Source: a virus. Taken from it: a stretch of 64,000 nucleotides of DNA. The translations under genes were made by a program, and so were the position numbers. Each line of letters starts with the position of its first letter. Position 1 is the first letter of the stretch. A model generated the notes under the pieces. It had not been told where the DNA came from. It searched no databases and saw only the letters and a program-made list of their open reading frames with translations. Location: positions 9,509-73,508 of IMG/VR virus record IMGVR_UViG_3300043427_002369. One strand, 5' to 3'. Below, piece by piece: positions 1 to 14,400 of this stretch.

Positions 1-2
1 TT

Positions 3-83
3 CACGAAAGAATTCGCAATGAAGAAGATTATGACGATTGGGAATATGGAACTGAACCGATCCCTCTCAGAGAATGGAAATAA
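3..83 (+). CDS. 3' end of a hypothetical protein (partial, runs off window start)
   Basis: Frame 3 reads HERIRNEEDYDDWEYGTEPIPLREWK* and stops (TAA 81-83) just before the late promoter for gp25. Confidence 0.6.
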   Translation, partial: HERIRNEEDYDDWEYGTEPIPLREWK

Positions 84-87
84 TGTG

Positions 88-95
88 AATAAATA
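88..95 (+). promoter_or_regulatory. T4-type late promoter (AATAAATA)
   Basis: Matches NATAAATA late consensus, intergenic, 23 nt before gp25 ATG. Confidence 0.7.
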
Positions 96-117
96 AGGTA
101 GATTATACTTTACCTTA
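94..117 (+). promoter_or_regulatory. Hairpin over the gp25 translation-initiation region
   Basis: TAAGGTA (94-100) / TACCTTA (111-117) inverted repeat ending 1 nt before the ATG; left arm overlaps the late promoter. Confidence 0.45.
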
Positions 118-118
118 G

Positions 119-520
119 ATGCCTGTAGAGAGAATTAGTAAGGAATTTAAAGATCTTAGTATGTCTCTACAGGTAAGCCCTTTGAATTATGATATTCTGG
201 CAATAAAAAATGAGACTGCGATTGCTCGCGCAGTTCGTAATCTTGTTTCAACAGTGCCAGGTGAAAGATTTTTTAATCCTAGAGTTGGATCTGATATTTC
301 TCAATCACTTTTTGAAAATATCGATCCAATTTCAGCATCTGTGATTAAGTCTCAGATTGAAGAAACGATTAAAAACTATGAACCAAGAGTTCAGTTGACC
401 GATGTTGAAGTGACTCCTTATTATGATGACAATGAATTCAATGTCACCATTCGTTATAACATCATCGGTATTGATGTTCAACCCCAGCAGTTAGTGTTCG
501 CATTACAGCCAACTCGATAA
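119..520 (+). CDS. gp25: Baseplate wedge subunit gp25
   Basis: 133 aa, motifs T.PGERFFNP..GS and I..YEPRV; directly upstream of gp6. Confidence 0.93.
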   Translation: MPVERISKEFKDLSMSLQVSPLNYDILAIKNETAIARAVRNLVSTVPGERFFNPRVGSDISQSLFENIDPISASVIKSQIEETIKNYEPRVQLTDVEVTPYYDDNEFNVTIRYNIIGIDVQPQQLVFALQPTR

Positions 521-2434
521 ATGGCAATTATAAATTTTACGGATTTAGATTTTGATCAAATAAGACTTTCTATTAAAGATTATCTTAGATCAAATTCAAA
601 TTTTACAGACTATGATTTTGAAGGATCGAATATGTCGGTCCTGGTAGATATTCTTGCATATAATACTTACATATCTTCTTACAATGCCAATATGGTAAGT
701 AATGAGATATTCATTGACAGTGCAACTCTTAGAGAGAACATTGTATCTCTTGCAAGAAATATTGGATATGTTCCTCGTTCAAGAACTGCGGCAAGAGCAA
801 ATATATCTTTCTTTATAGATGTATCAAATTATTCATCAATACCTAGAATTGTAACTTTAAATAAGGGTATTGTATGCATAACAAGCTCAAATTTTGGAGG
901 AGAAAGTTATACCTTTGCGACTCTTGAGGATATAACCGTTCCTGTTGTAAATGGAATCGCAAGTTTTAACAATATTGATGTTTATGAAGGGACATTCTTA
1001 ACAACTAATTTTACTGTAAATCCAAATGTCCCAAGCCCACCACAAAGATTTATTATTGAAAATCCAAATGTTGATACTAGTCTGATTAATGTTGTTGTAT
1101 CGAAGACAGTTTTTAGTAATATTTCTAGTAAATATACGTTAACTAATGATATTTTTGATGTTGATGGCGATTCAAAGATTTTCTTTATACAAGAAGTTGA
1201 TGATCAAAAGTATGAATTAATTTTTGGTGATGGTATTTTCGGTAAAAAACTCGAAGAAAATAATTATATTTCGGTCAATTACATAGTATCAAATGGAGAA
1301 TTGGGTAATGGATTATCCCAGTTTAATTTTGCTGGTAGATTGAACTCCAATATTGGACTTATATCTCGTGGAATATCTTTAATTACTACCAATCAAGTAT
1401 CAGATGGTGGAAGGGAAATTGAATCTGTCCAATCCATTCGTAATTATGCTCCCAAAAATTATGCAGCACAAAATAGAGCAGTAACTGCAGGTGATTTTAA
1501 GGCAATTATACCTTTGATCTATCCCGAATTGGAATCAGTTTCTGTATTTGGAGGGGAAGACTTATCTCCACCACAGTATGGAAAAGTTTTTGTTGCTGTC
1601 AAACCACAAAATGGTTCTTTTTTACCATCAAGTGCTGCTCAAAATTTAAAGAATAAATTAAAGAAATATTCTGTTGCGGGAATTGTAACAGAAGTCATTG
1701 ATTTAAAATATTTGTATATTGAATTAGATGTGAGTATCTACTACAATACAAATATGGTGTCAAATTCAGAACTTGCTGCCAATAAAGTGATCTCAAATCT
1801 GAGCAAATATTCAAAATCTATTGAAATTAATAAGTATGGTTCTAGATTTAAATATAGTAAGGTCCTTAAGTTAATTGATGATAGTGATGAGGCAATTACT
1901 TCTAACATTACAAGAGTTTCTTTAAGAAGAGACTTTAGAGCTTCTATTAATCAATTTGCAGAATATGAAATTTGCTTTGGTAATGAATTTCATATTAATA
2001 ATTCAAATGGATATAATATTAAAACTTCTGGATTTAAAGTTAATGGGATTAATGATACCGTTTATTTTTCAGATAAACCAAACTCAGATATGAAAAAAGG
2101 ATCACTATTCCTATTCAAGATTGTTCCAGAATCTGTTGATCCTGTTGAGGTTAGACAAAATATTGGGACAATAGATTATGAAAAAGGTGAAATTCTTTTA
2201 AATCCAATCAAGATCATTTCAACCAGTATAGATAAAGGTGAATCTATTGTTGAAGTTTCAGCAACACCAAAATCGAACGATGTTATAGGTTTACATGATC
2301 TGTATTTACAATTAGATACTAATAATATTACAGTCACTCCTGTTCCTGATAATATTTCATCTGGAAATGATATTTCTGGATCGAACTATATTACAACCTC
2401 AAGTTATACGAATGGAAAATTAATCAGAGAATAA
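521..2434 (+). CDS. gp6: Baseplate wedge subunit gp6
   Basis: LDFDQI...FTDYDFEGS...LAYNTY...DSATLRENIVSLARNIGY and AQNRAVTAGD motifs; 637 aa. Confidence 0.95.
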   Translation: MAIINFTDLDFDQIRLSIKDYLRSNSNFTDYDFEGSNMSVLVDILAYNTYISSYNANMVSNEIFIDSATLRENIVSLARNIGYVPRSRTAARANISFFIDVSNYSSIPRIVTLNKGIVCITSSNFGGESYTFATLEDITVPVVNGIASFNNIDVYEGTFLTTNFTVNPNVPSPPQRFIIENPNVDTSLINVVVSKTVFSNISSKYTLTNDIFDVDGDSKIFFIQEVDDQKYELIFGDGIFGKKLEENNYISVNYIVSNGELGNGLSQFNFAGRLNSNIGLISRGISLITTNQVSDGGREIESVQSIRNYAPKNYAAQNRAVTAGDFKAIIPLIYPELESVSVFGGEDLSPPQYGKVFVAVKPQNGSFLPSSAAQNLKNKLKKYSVAGIVTEVIDLKYLYIELDVSIYYNTNMVSNSELAANKVISNLSKYSKSIEINKYGSRFKYSKVLKLIDDSDEAITSNITRVSLRRDFRASINQFAEYEICFGNEFHINNSNGYNIKTSGFKVNGINDTVYFSDKPNSDMKKGSLFLFKIVPESVDPVEVRQNIGTIDYEKGEILLNPIKIISTSIDKGESIVEVSATPKSNDVIGLHDLYLQLDTNNITVTPVPDNISSGNDISGSNYITTSSYTNGKLIRE

Positions 2435-2438
2435 TAAA

Positions 2439-5400
2439 ATGAAGAAAGCAAGGATTAACATTAGTAACATACTAAAAAACCAACTTCCTAATTTTGTAAA
2501 GGAAGAATATCCTTTGGTTGAAGAGTTATTCTCTGAATATTATAAAGGTCAAGAATATCAAGGTGGAATTTTAGACATACTTCAAAATATTGATCAGTAT
2601 ATCAAATTAGACAATAATACTAATTTGACTGAAAGCACTAATATTGTATCAGATATTAGTTTTGCAGATGCTGTAATACCTGTTACTAACACCAGTGGAT
2701 TTCCAGATCGCTATGGTTTGATTGAGATTGATTCTGAAGTTATTCTTTATAAGTCAAAAACACAGAATTCATTCGTTGATTGTGTAAGAGGTTTTAGTGG
2801 AATTACTTCTTATGATAATTCTTTAAATTTTGAACAAACTATTGCTGAAAATCATGTAGATGGATCTGTTGTTAAAAATTTAAATATTTTATTTCTGAAT
2901 GAGTTTTTCAACAAAGTTAAAAAGCAATTCGCACCTGGATTTGAGAATAGAAATTTCTTTAAAGATACATCTTCTAAAATTGACCTTAATGAAAATGTTT
3001 TCATTAAACAACTGAAAGATTTCTATTCATCTAAGGGAACTGATGATTCGTTTAAAATATTATTCAAATCACTTTTTAATGACAATGTTGAAATTATCAG
3101 ACCTAGAGATTTTTTAATTCGTCCATCAGATGCTCAGTATAGAGTTAATAAGGAATTAATTATTGAAGCAATAGAAGGAGATCCTTTGGATCTTGTAGAT
3201 ACTACAATCTTCCAAAATCCTTTAACTATAAATGGTGAAGACTTTATTTCATATGCTTATGGAACGGTAAATAAGGTTGAAACTATTTCTAGAAAAGACA
3301 AGACTTATTATGCAGTCAGTCTAGATTTTGATTATAATAAGGATATTAACCTAAAGGGTTCTGTTTATGGTGAATTTGTAATTGGAGCAAAAACATTTAT
3401 CACCGATAAAGTTTCTGAGCAGTCTACAGTAATCACAGTAGACTCAACGTATGGATTTCCAGAAACTAATGGAGTTTTAAGAGTCACATTTGATGATGGT
3501 CTAATCTCTACTATCTCGTATCAAAGAAAAAATCTTAATCAATTTATAGGTTGTTCCGAAATTAATAGAGAAATTCCCCAAGGAAATTCTATTTACTTGA
3601 ATTATTATTGTGAAGGTGGAAATACTGTAGGGAATGATGAAAATCCTATTAAATTTAGAATTACAGGAGTATTATCAGAAGCAACAACATCTGATGATTC
3701 TCACTATATTGTAGAAGGTAATAGAATTAATCTAAGAACTTTAGGAAAGGATATTCGAGAACCTTCTTTTAATAATTGGAAATTTAATATTGCTCCAAAA
3801 TATAATGTTAAAAGTATTATTAAAAATAATACTATCAATAACACTTATTTAATTGAAGTATATGATGAGCATATATTTTATAAAGGAGACAGTGTAAAAC
3901 TTATTTCATCAAGACCTCAATTAGTTCCCGGAACTGATGATCTAGGATTTTCTGAATTTTTTGGCGATGTTCAATCTGTAGATGGAAAGTTCTCTTTTAC
4001 TTGTGCCATTAATTTTGATTTAGATACTACTTTAGTATATGAAGTTGAAAGAGAAATTAATAAATTTAATTTTAGTTATAATTCTTCTATATCAGATTCA
4101 AATAATAATTACGTAACAGATGTTCAAAATGTTTATAGAGACTCTGAAGGATCTCTATATGTCGCTTCTCAGTCATTGCCAACATATACTAATGATGTTT
4201 TACCAATTACTGATGACACTATTGTATTATCATCGAGTGTTTATATAAGCGAAGAACTTAATCAGAACGATCCAGAAAAAATTGATAAGATTTTAAACAT
4301 TGGAAGGCATACCTTTAAGACAGGCGATGCGGTTTATTATCAATCCGGAGATAATAATAATAAATTAAATTTATCTGAAGGAATTTATTATGTTAAAGTA
4401 GTTGGATCTCTTAATAACCCAACTCAAATTAAGTTATCTAGTAGCAGAACTAACATTGATAATAACATTTTCTTAGATGTTAGTTTAAAAAATCCATCTT
4501 TGACAGGTAGTGATAATAAATTATATAAGTCTACAAATGAAATAATTTATTTCCAAAATAGTCTTAAAAATAGTTTAACTTCTTCAAAATTTGAGAAATT
4601 TATTTCTCCAAAGAATTTAATAAAAAAAATTAATAATCCATTAGAAACCAAAGAAAAACAACTGACTTCTCCTGGACAGACTGGAATTTTAGTGAATGGT
4701 GTTGAAATTGTAAACTATAAATCAAATGATTTTATTTACTATGGATCAATTGAAGATATTAAAATTAAATCTCCAGGAAGCGACTATGATATTATAACCC
4801 CTCCGCAATTAAACATTGTTGATAAAAATGGGTCAGGTGCGTCTGCAATTTGTCACATTAGTGGATCTCTCACTAGAATTGATATTTTAAATGGTGGATT
4901 TGATTATGAAAAAACTCCTACCATTGAGATTAGTGGTGGTAATGGTATTGATGCTGAAGTAAGTCCAAATATGAGCACATTTGAGCATTCCATGGCATTT
5001 AGTGCCAAAGAAGGAACCTCTCAAATTAATTTTTCCTCAGATACTATCACATTTAATGTAAGACATAAATTTTATGATGGTGAGGAAATTAAATATGATT
5101 ACACTCAAGTTCCTCTTGAAGGTCTTAGGAAAGAAATTACTTACTATGTTGGAACTGAAGATGATTATTCTGTAAAATTATATGCAACATATCAGGATTC
5201 TATTAAAAAGATCAACCAAATTGATTTAAACTTACCCAATGTATTGGGGACGCATTATCTGATAAGTGTTCAAAAGAAATCTACAATAGGATCTATCAAT
5301 ATTGTAAGGGCGGGAACTGGATATTCAAATAGAAAAACAGTTACTCTAAGTCAAAATATTAATATTTTTTCTAATGTAGTCAATATTAAAAATCATGGGT

Positions 5401-8400
5401 ATCAAACTGGAGAAAAACTAGTATATTCAACAACAGGATCTCCTATTGTTGGTTTAGCAACAACATCCGAATACTTAGCTTATAAAGTCAATGAAGATCA
5501 ATTTAAACTTTGCGAAATTAATAACCAGTCTGAAGATAAAAACTTCTATTTGAGAACAGAACAATTTGTTAATTTTACTGAAACCGGATCTGGAAATCAT
5601 ATTTTTAATTATCCTCCAATTTCAGTTAAAGTTATTGGATCATTTAAAAATAAAAATTTAAGCCCATCATTACTGGAAGCGCAAATTGTACCAGCATTTC
5701 GAGGATCTATAACTTCAGTTTTTGTTGAAAGTGGTGGAGTTGGTTATGGTTCTTCTGACATTATTAACTACAATAGGCAGCCAGATTTTGTTCTAGAAAA
5801 TGGAACTGGTGCCGAATTAAGACCTATTATTTCTCAAGGAAAAATAAGTGAAGTTTTAATTGTAAATGGTGGATCTCAATACACTGCGCTTCCGATAATT
5901 GAAGTTGTTGGATCGGGAACTGGAGCTAAATTACTGCCAATTATATCAAATGGAAGTATAGTTGATATTGAAATAGTTTCTTCCGGTATCAATTATGACT
6001 CCGATGCAACAATTTTAAATGTCAATTCTGCTGGATCTGGGGCTAATTTTGAATTTTCTATTCAATCTTGGAATGTTAATTCTGTCGAAAGGTCAATTCA
6101 GAATGGTAATATTTTAACCAGTGATATTTTCCTTTATGACACTAAGAATGAGTATGATGAGAGAATGACTCAAATCACTCATTTATACGCACCTAGAAAA
6201 CTTCGTGAAAATCTTATTGTTTCCAAGGAAGAAGGTGGTCAAATTTTCTACAGAAAGGATATTGAAAATGATACTAGATTGGATGATTATTATCACTCTC
6301 CTATAATTGGTTGGGCATATGATGGAAATCCAATTTATGGACCATTTGGATATGAAAATCCAGATGGATCTGGATTGACTAAGAAGATGAAGACTGGATA
6401 TGGTTTAAATATCAGTAAACCAAATAGACCAAGTATAAACCTTTTCCCTGCTGGATTTTTTGTTGAAGACTATGATTATATTGGTAATGGAGATCTAGAC
6501 GAATATAATGGAAGATTTTGCGCTACTCCAGAATTTCCAAATGGAACTTATGCATACTTTGCAACACTTGGAGAATTTGATAATGTATTCAGTAGAGATT
6601 ATTTGCGCCCAACCTTCCCATATTTAATAGGAAACTATTATAAATCAACTCCGATTGAATTTAATTTTGATGCTGATAATACTCAAAACACGTTAGTATT
6701 TGAAAATATTAATTTAATTAGAAATACTACACCATATGGGATAATTTCTAAAAACAGTTCTTACAGTTATGCCTTTAATCCAATAGATTATGAGGAACAA
6801 CTTAATAAAATAACTAGAGTTGGTAATGGAAAAATTGATAATATTAATATTATTTCAGGTGGAGAAAATTATAAAGTAGGAGATAAAATCACACTTTCTG
6901 AGGATGAATTTGGAAACAAATCTTATGCTGAAATTACAAAGATTAAGGGTGTCGGAATATCTTCAATTTCAGTAACCTTTAATGAAATTCCATATGTTGA
7001 ATTTGGATCTTCTAGAGACTTTAAAACTATTGTTGGGGTAGCTTCAACTCCACATCAATTAAAAGATCAGGATGTTATTAATATTATAGGATTAAATGAG
7101 ATATTTACAAATAGACAAAAAAATGTAACATCAAGAATAAATGTTTTTACAAATCAATTGTCTATAACAAAAAATGTTGAGCCAAGTTCTGTTACTGGTA
7201 TAATAACAACATTTCAAGTTAGTGGTAATCTGAATGATTATGCTATTAAGCCAAATGACATTTATATTTCTCAAGAAGGAGAAGAGATTAAAATACTGAA
7301 TATTGACCTATCCTCATCTTCTATAAGAGTTAAAAGAGGAGTTGGATTATCAACATATTATTCTGGATCAACTTTAACAGAAAAACCAAGAAGATTTGAA
7401 GTTAGCGCCGTGGAAGCTTCATCTTCAGATAATTTAAATGGTAAAATTTATCCCACTAATAGGGAACTATATTTTAATCCATCAAACTCTGTTGGTCTTG
7501 GAACAGTTGGATTAAGCACTACCATTTTCCTTAATATAGTTCCTTTAAATTATCAAGTTTCAATTGACACCGAAGCAGAAGTTATTATTGGTGTTACTAC
7601 AGTTTTAAGAACGGGATTGATTTTCAATAACCCATTGAATGCTGGACAATTTAAAATTGGCGATTATATCAATTTGGTTGGATCTTCTGACCTTAGTTTT
7701 AATGCAGTTCAAAAGGCAAAAGTTCTTAATGTAGGCATTGGATCGATTGTTGTTGATTATGATTCAACCGCACTATCTGGAATTGGAGTAACTTCTTTTG
7801 TTACTAAATGGGAAGTTAGTGAAATTGGAATACAATCATTGTATCTACCAAATCACAACTTAAAAACTGGTGAAAAAATTACCTATTATGCAAATTCAGG
7901 AACACCCTTAGGAGTTTCTACAGATAAAATATCTTCTTCTTCATTATCTGATGGTAATGAGTTTTATGTTTCTAGTCTTGATCATGATCACATTGGAATT
8001 TCCACAGTAATAGTCGGATTGACGACATCTGGAGAATATTTAAATCCACTTAGTGGGCAAGGATTGCTATATTTTACTTCTTTGGGAAGTGGTTCTTATC
8101 ATAGCTTTAAAACAAATTATAATGTCCAAAGTGGTAAAGTTATTAAAAATGTTGCAAGATTAGCAACTACTAAATCCCCATCATTATTCTTTAATGAAAA
8201 TATTGAAGTTTCTAATGTACCAAAAACAAATAGAACCATTGGTGTAAAGTATAATAAAGAAAATAGAAGATTAGTTGTAAATCCAAAGTCCTTTACCGTT
8301 ATTGATGTAGATACAAATTCTAGTTCTATTTTTATCCCAGATCACAGATATTCTACTGGTGATAAAATTATCCATACGACTGAAGATTTATCTTCTTTAT

Positions 8401-11400
8401 TAGTAAATAATCAAATATACTACGTTGTCGTTGTTGATATTAATAATATTAAATTATCCGAAACATATTATGAAGCAATTTCATTAAATCCAAATATAGT
8501 AAGTATTAATACTGCTTCATATGGACAGTTTTCTTTAGTCAACCCTTCTATAAAATTATATAGAAATGAGACTATTAGATTTGATTTAACCGACAAATCA
8601 TTGTCATTCATTAATGACGAAATCACTTACTCTGCATTTAGATTTAATCTATATAAAGATTCTAATTTTACAGAAAGATTTACTAAAACTGAAGAGGATA
8701 CTTTCTTTAGTGTGAGGAAGATAGGGGATGTGGGAATTACAAATAATGCTGCTGTGGAATTGAGGATTAGTGATAAGACACCTTCTAGATTGTATTATAG
8801 ATTTGAATTAGATAATATTAACTATAATGTACCAAATAATCAGTTAGAATATATTATAGACGATGAAAATATTACCAATAGTAGCACTCTTCTAATCGAA
8901 GATAGTGTTTATAGTGGAAATTATAATGTTTATAATGTTGGTAATAATTTTATAGAATATATTCTTGAAGAAAGACCTGAAAAAAGCGTATACTCTAATT
9001 TAGAATCATCTATCTCATATATTACAGATTCTTATTCTACTCTAGGTGAGATAGATGATGTTAAGGTTTTATCAAAAGATAGGAAATATAGAGTTCTTCC
9101 AGGAATTACTTCAGTTTCGACTAAAACTGGATCGGGTGCTATATTATTCCCATATAGTAAGGATATTGGATCTGCTAAAAAGGTAAAAATTGAAAATATT
9201 GGATTTGACTACAGTTCCGACTATAGTTTGAGACCTACTGGAAACCTCCCTCAAATTATTCAAGTAGAGCCATTAAGTATCTTTAAAGATATCAAGGTTA
9301 CTTCTATTGGTAAAAATTACACAATTATTCCGACAATAATTGTTTTGGATGGATTAACTAAAGTTCAAGACAAACAGGCGGAGTTGAAGTTTTCCCCTGA
9401 AGAATCTTTGATTGAAATAATCCAAAATAGTTCAGGTCTTTATAATAAAACACCATATCTGATTCCTATTAATAATTCCAACGGATTTACTGTAAGTCCA
9501 GGATCGGTATCCTTTAACGAGGAAACCAAACTATTGACATTAACATTTAACACTTCTTTCAATAGCTTGGTAGATTTTCCTTTTTCTATTGGCAGTAAAG
9601 TTTTACTCGAAAACTTTAAAGTTAGCTCTACTTTCTTGAACGAATCTGGAGATCTTGAAGAGGCAACTAATGTCAGAGGACTTAATTCTGAAGATTATGG
9701 ATATGCATTATTTGAAATTTATCTATCTTCTGCAGCAGTAGGTGGAAGTGGTGCATCTATTACAATTGATATGACACCATATTTAAATGATGATGAAATT
9801 CCCGGAATATACTCTCCAGTTAATTCTCTTGGATATGTTGTCCCTGAGAGTTATTTCCCAACTTTTGAAATTACCCTACAAAAAAATAATTTTATTTTGG
9901 GAGAAGAAGTTATTACGACAAGTGGATATACTGGTATTGTAGAATACTGGGATAATGAAAATGAATTTGTAAGTGTTCTTTCGGATGATAAGTTTGTAAG
10001 CGGCGATAAAATTACGGGTAAAACATCAAACTTGAGTGGAATTGTCGGAAAAGTCGAATTTTTTGATGCAGAGTATAGCACCAATTCTTTCTCTGTAGTT
10101 CAAAGAGGTTGGGATACTAATATTGGATTTTTAAACGATAGTATTCAAAGAATACACGATAGTGATTATTATCAATATTTCTCTTATGTTCTTAAATCTA
10201 AAACTCAATTTTCTGAGTGGAATGATCCTGTAAGTAGCCTTAATCATACCGTAGGATTCAAAAAATTTGGGACATTATCTATAGAATCTTTAACACCATC
10301 TGTTGGTGCTGCCACCACGGTTTCTTATTCTGAGTTAAATTCTGTTTCCGATTTATTTGAAGTTATTGATCTTAATTCATATCACGATTTTGATATGGTT
10401 TCCGAAAATGCGTATAATCTGGGTGGAAGAATAGTATCTGACCAAATAATATTCAATACCCGCGAAATACAAGACTATTCAGAATCTATTGGAAATAGAG
10501 TACTGATGATAGATGATTTTAGTAATCAATTTAACAATATTCCAAGAGCAGAAAGATTTTCAATCGTTGACAAATTCCCAATTTATCAAAATAGGCATAG
10601 AAAATACTTTGCTTATGTTAAAGATAAACTCTTCTTTAATGAAAGGCAATTCTCCATAATTTCTTTAATACACGATGATTTGAATGGATTTGTAAATCAA
10701 TATGGAAGATTGGAAACTTACAATGAACTTGGAACGTTTGATTTTGTAATTAATGGTGACGAGGGTCAAGTTCAATTTAAACCTTTTGACTATGAATTCA
10801 ATGATTTTGATATAGATTTAGTTTCTTATACTCTATTTGATACTTTTGTTGGTCTGGGAAGCACAACAGTTACAAACTACAATATTGGAACTATTGCTAA
10901 TCTTTCCAATAATGTTGGTGTTCTTCCTGAAAATTCAACAAATGCCGTTACTGTTGCAACTATTCCCATTTCATATAGATCTTCTAAAATTATTTTAACT
11001 TCTAATAGTTTAAATGGGTCATATAGAGAGTCTACTGAATTAAATATTATTCACGACGGAACCAACGTATATATTACTGAATATGGAAAGTTATTTACTA
11101 AGAATATTAACCCCCCAGTTGGATTAGCAACATATTCTGCGTATATACAAGGTTCAAATATAATTTTAGATCTTGTTCCATATGTTGGATATGGGTCTAC
11201 AGTAGAAGTTAATGTTTTTAAACTATCAGTAAGGGATGAAAATGCAACATCTGGAGGTGTTTTATCTGAAAATAATGCCAGATTAGAAACTGGATTTATT
11301 AATATTCCTTCCGGAAATGTTGGGGTTGCGATTACTTTCCACAATTATTCCTATGAGTATGGTGGTGGATATTATTATATGTCAATTCAAGACAACTCTA

Positions 11401-14400
11401 CCTTTAGATACCAATCCCTAGAACTTTCTACATTAAATAATCAAACTGATGTTTATCATACACAATTTGGATCTATAATTACCGACGATTCTTTAGTTGG
11501 ACTGGGAACTTTTTCCACACAAATAATCGGAAGACGAGTTTATCTATCGTTTATACCTTCAGTAAATGCAAATATTTCTATAAGATTCTATTATAATGGA
11601 ATTAAAACAATTACTGAAACAGATATTCCGCCAAATGAGGTTGTTCTTGATTTAAATGAAGCTCAAATTGTAAGTTTTAATTCTGATTATATTGGAACTG
11701 AAAATTCTATAAAGAGATCTTTTGATTTGTTCCATAAAAAACTTCCTATTATGAAGAGAACCTTCAGAGGAAATAATTCTTCTGGAGTTAATTTATCTGC
11801 CGACAGGGTAAACATTCCAAATCACTATTTTTCAACTGGCGAAGAAGTTGTGTATGATTTTGGTGCAGATGAACCTATTGGAATAGCAACAACAACTATT
11901 GCTGGTATTGGTATTACTGATCAATTGCCATCTAATCTTTACATTATAAAAGTTAATGATCTTTCAGTAAGAGTTGCTGCATCAGCATCGGAAGCTTTAA
12001 AAGCAAATCCAGAATATTTAAAATTAACATCTTATGGAGTAGGTTCCCAGCATTCATTCACTGGAAAGAAAGGGAATAGTAGATCATTGATTACGATTGA
12101 TAATATGATCCAGTCTCCTATCGTATCAGCAGGAAAAACTACATCCTTAAGCGCAAATGTTGCTTTAAAGGAAATAAGAGTGAAAGTTAATGACCCAAGT
12201 ATTTTTATTGCTGGTGATATATTTAAAGTTGATGATGAGATTATGAGAGTTAAATCCGTGGGATTTGGTTCTACTAACACTTTACTTGTTAATAGATTTT
12301 GGATGGGAACTCTTCCAGGTATTCATAGCACTGGGGCTATATGCGAAAGACTGAAGGGAGATTATAATATTATAGGTAATAAGATTAATTTCTATGATGC
12401 TCCTTATGGAAAAGTTCCAGTAGTTGCAGAAAATCCAAGATATGATGAGGTTGATTATATTGGAATTCAAACCAGTTCTTCTTTCTCAGGTAGAATATTT
12501 AATAAATCAGGAACAACAAATAGCTCTTCAGTGACTTATAGTGATAATATTTTATTAGATGATTTATCAAATGAGTTTACTGGAATAGCAACAATATTTA
12601 CCCTTAATGAAAATGGAACTCCAGTTAGTGGAATTTCAACATCCAATTTATTTGTCTTGATTAAAGATATCCTACAGATTCCAAATAATGAACTTAGGAC
12701 AAATAATGGTGCATTTGAACTAGGATCAAATCTAAGTGGTCAAACTACAATCGTTTTCAATAAAGATCCCGAAAAAGATTTTTCTAATATAGATGATATC
12801 AATACTACAAATATTCCTTCAGGTGGTATTATACTGAGTGTTGGATCCACATTTGGTGGAGGATATCAACCAATAAAAACTGCTGGAGGTATAGCACAGG
12901 TTAATAATAGTGGCCAAATTTCTTCGATCTCAATAGGATTTTCTGGATCAGGATATAGAGTATCCGGTGAAAAGGAAATAATAGTATCCAGTGCATCAAC
13001 AGTTTCTATTGGAACTAATATTATTCCAGTTGTTGAAGAGCGAGGATTATTCTCGAAGTTTGCATATTCTGGAGAACCAACTTGTAATGTAGGAATTGGA
13101 ACATCTTTATATTCAGTTTCTATTAGTTCTTATAATTCAGTTTTATCGACAATTACAATATCTAGAAATACTGAGGTTGAAATTCCAAAATCTACACCAA
13201 TTTCTATCAAATTGAACGAATTGACTGCAGAATTAGTTGATATTGGAGTTAGGACTGAAAGTAATGAAAATTATGAAAAACATTATATTGGATTTACAAC
13301 TGTTGTTGAAGGGCATATTTCAGGTTCATTGAATCTTATAAATCCCGGCATTGCATTTACAAGTTTTTATGATAAGTTCAACACTAATACATCAATATCA
13401 GTTTCATCTGGATCTACAATATTCTATTTGAATTCTATAAATGATATTTTCGTTGATGACTATATTTCCATCAATTCTTCAGCGTTGTTAAAAATTGTTG
13501 GAATTGGAAATACCTTTGTTTATTCAGAAACTCCTTTTGGTTCCGCAGTTTCTTCAGGAACTAATGTTCTTATTAGAAGATATTCCCCTCCAGAAGTTGT
13601 ATTTGATTCTCCAGTTGGATATTCCAATATCCCATTAGTTTATAGCTCTTTATCGGGTTCTAGTGGAATTGGAACTGGTGCTAAGATAAAAATTAGTGTA
13701 GGTGAGGATGGGGAAGTAATTGATTTTGATATTCAAAATTCTGGATATGGATACAAAAAATCAGATATACTTACAGTTCCAGTAGGAGGATTGAGTGGAA
13801 TACCTGCAGATCCTTCACTTACATTTGCTGAATTTAAAATCTTCGTTGACAGTATCTACAACACTAAGTTTTCTGCTTGGTCTATTGGAGATTTACTTGT
13901 TATTGATAATTTTGATGATTTATTTGATGGAAATAGAAGAGTATTTCCAATTAAAATAAATGGAATACCTAGATCAATTAGAGCAAAAAGAGGATCTACG
14001 CTTGATATTCAGGCAACGTTGATCGTTCTGTATAACGACATACTTCAAGTTCCTGGAGAAGGATATACTTTTAAAGGTGGAAGTATTATTACCTTCCCAG
14101 AAGCTCCTAAGTATGAAGATAGGGTCTCTATAATCTTCTATAGAGGAAATGAAGAAGTTGATGTTATTGATGTTGATCTTCTAGAGACAGTTAAAGTTGG
14201 TGATGGATTGAGAATTGTAAATGATCAAAAGAAATTTAACGAAGATCAGAGAATAGTATCTGATGTTGTTTCTTCCGACTATGCAAATACAAATCCATAT
14301 TTGGGTAGAGGTATTTCGCAGAATATTGATTTCTTAAGACCAGTAGTATTCTCAAAACAGAATATTGATTTAGTTATTGATGGAGTTAATATCGGTAAAG

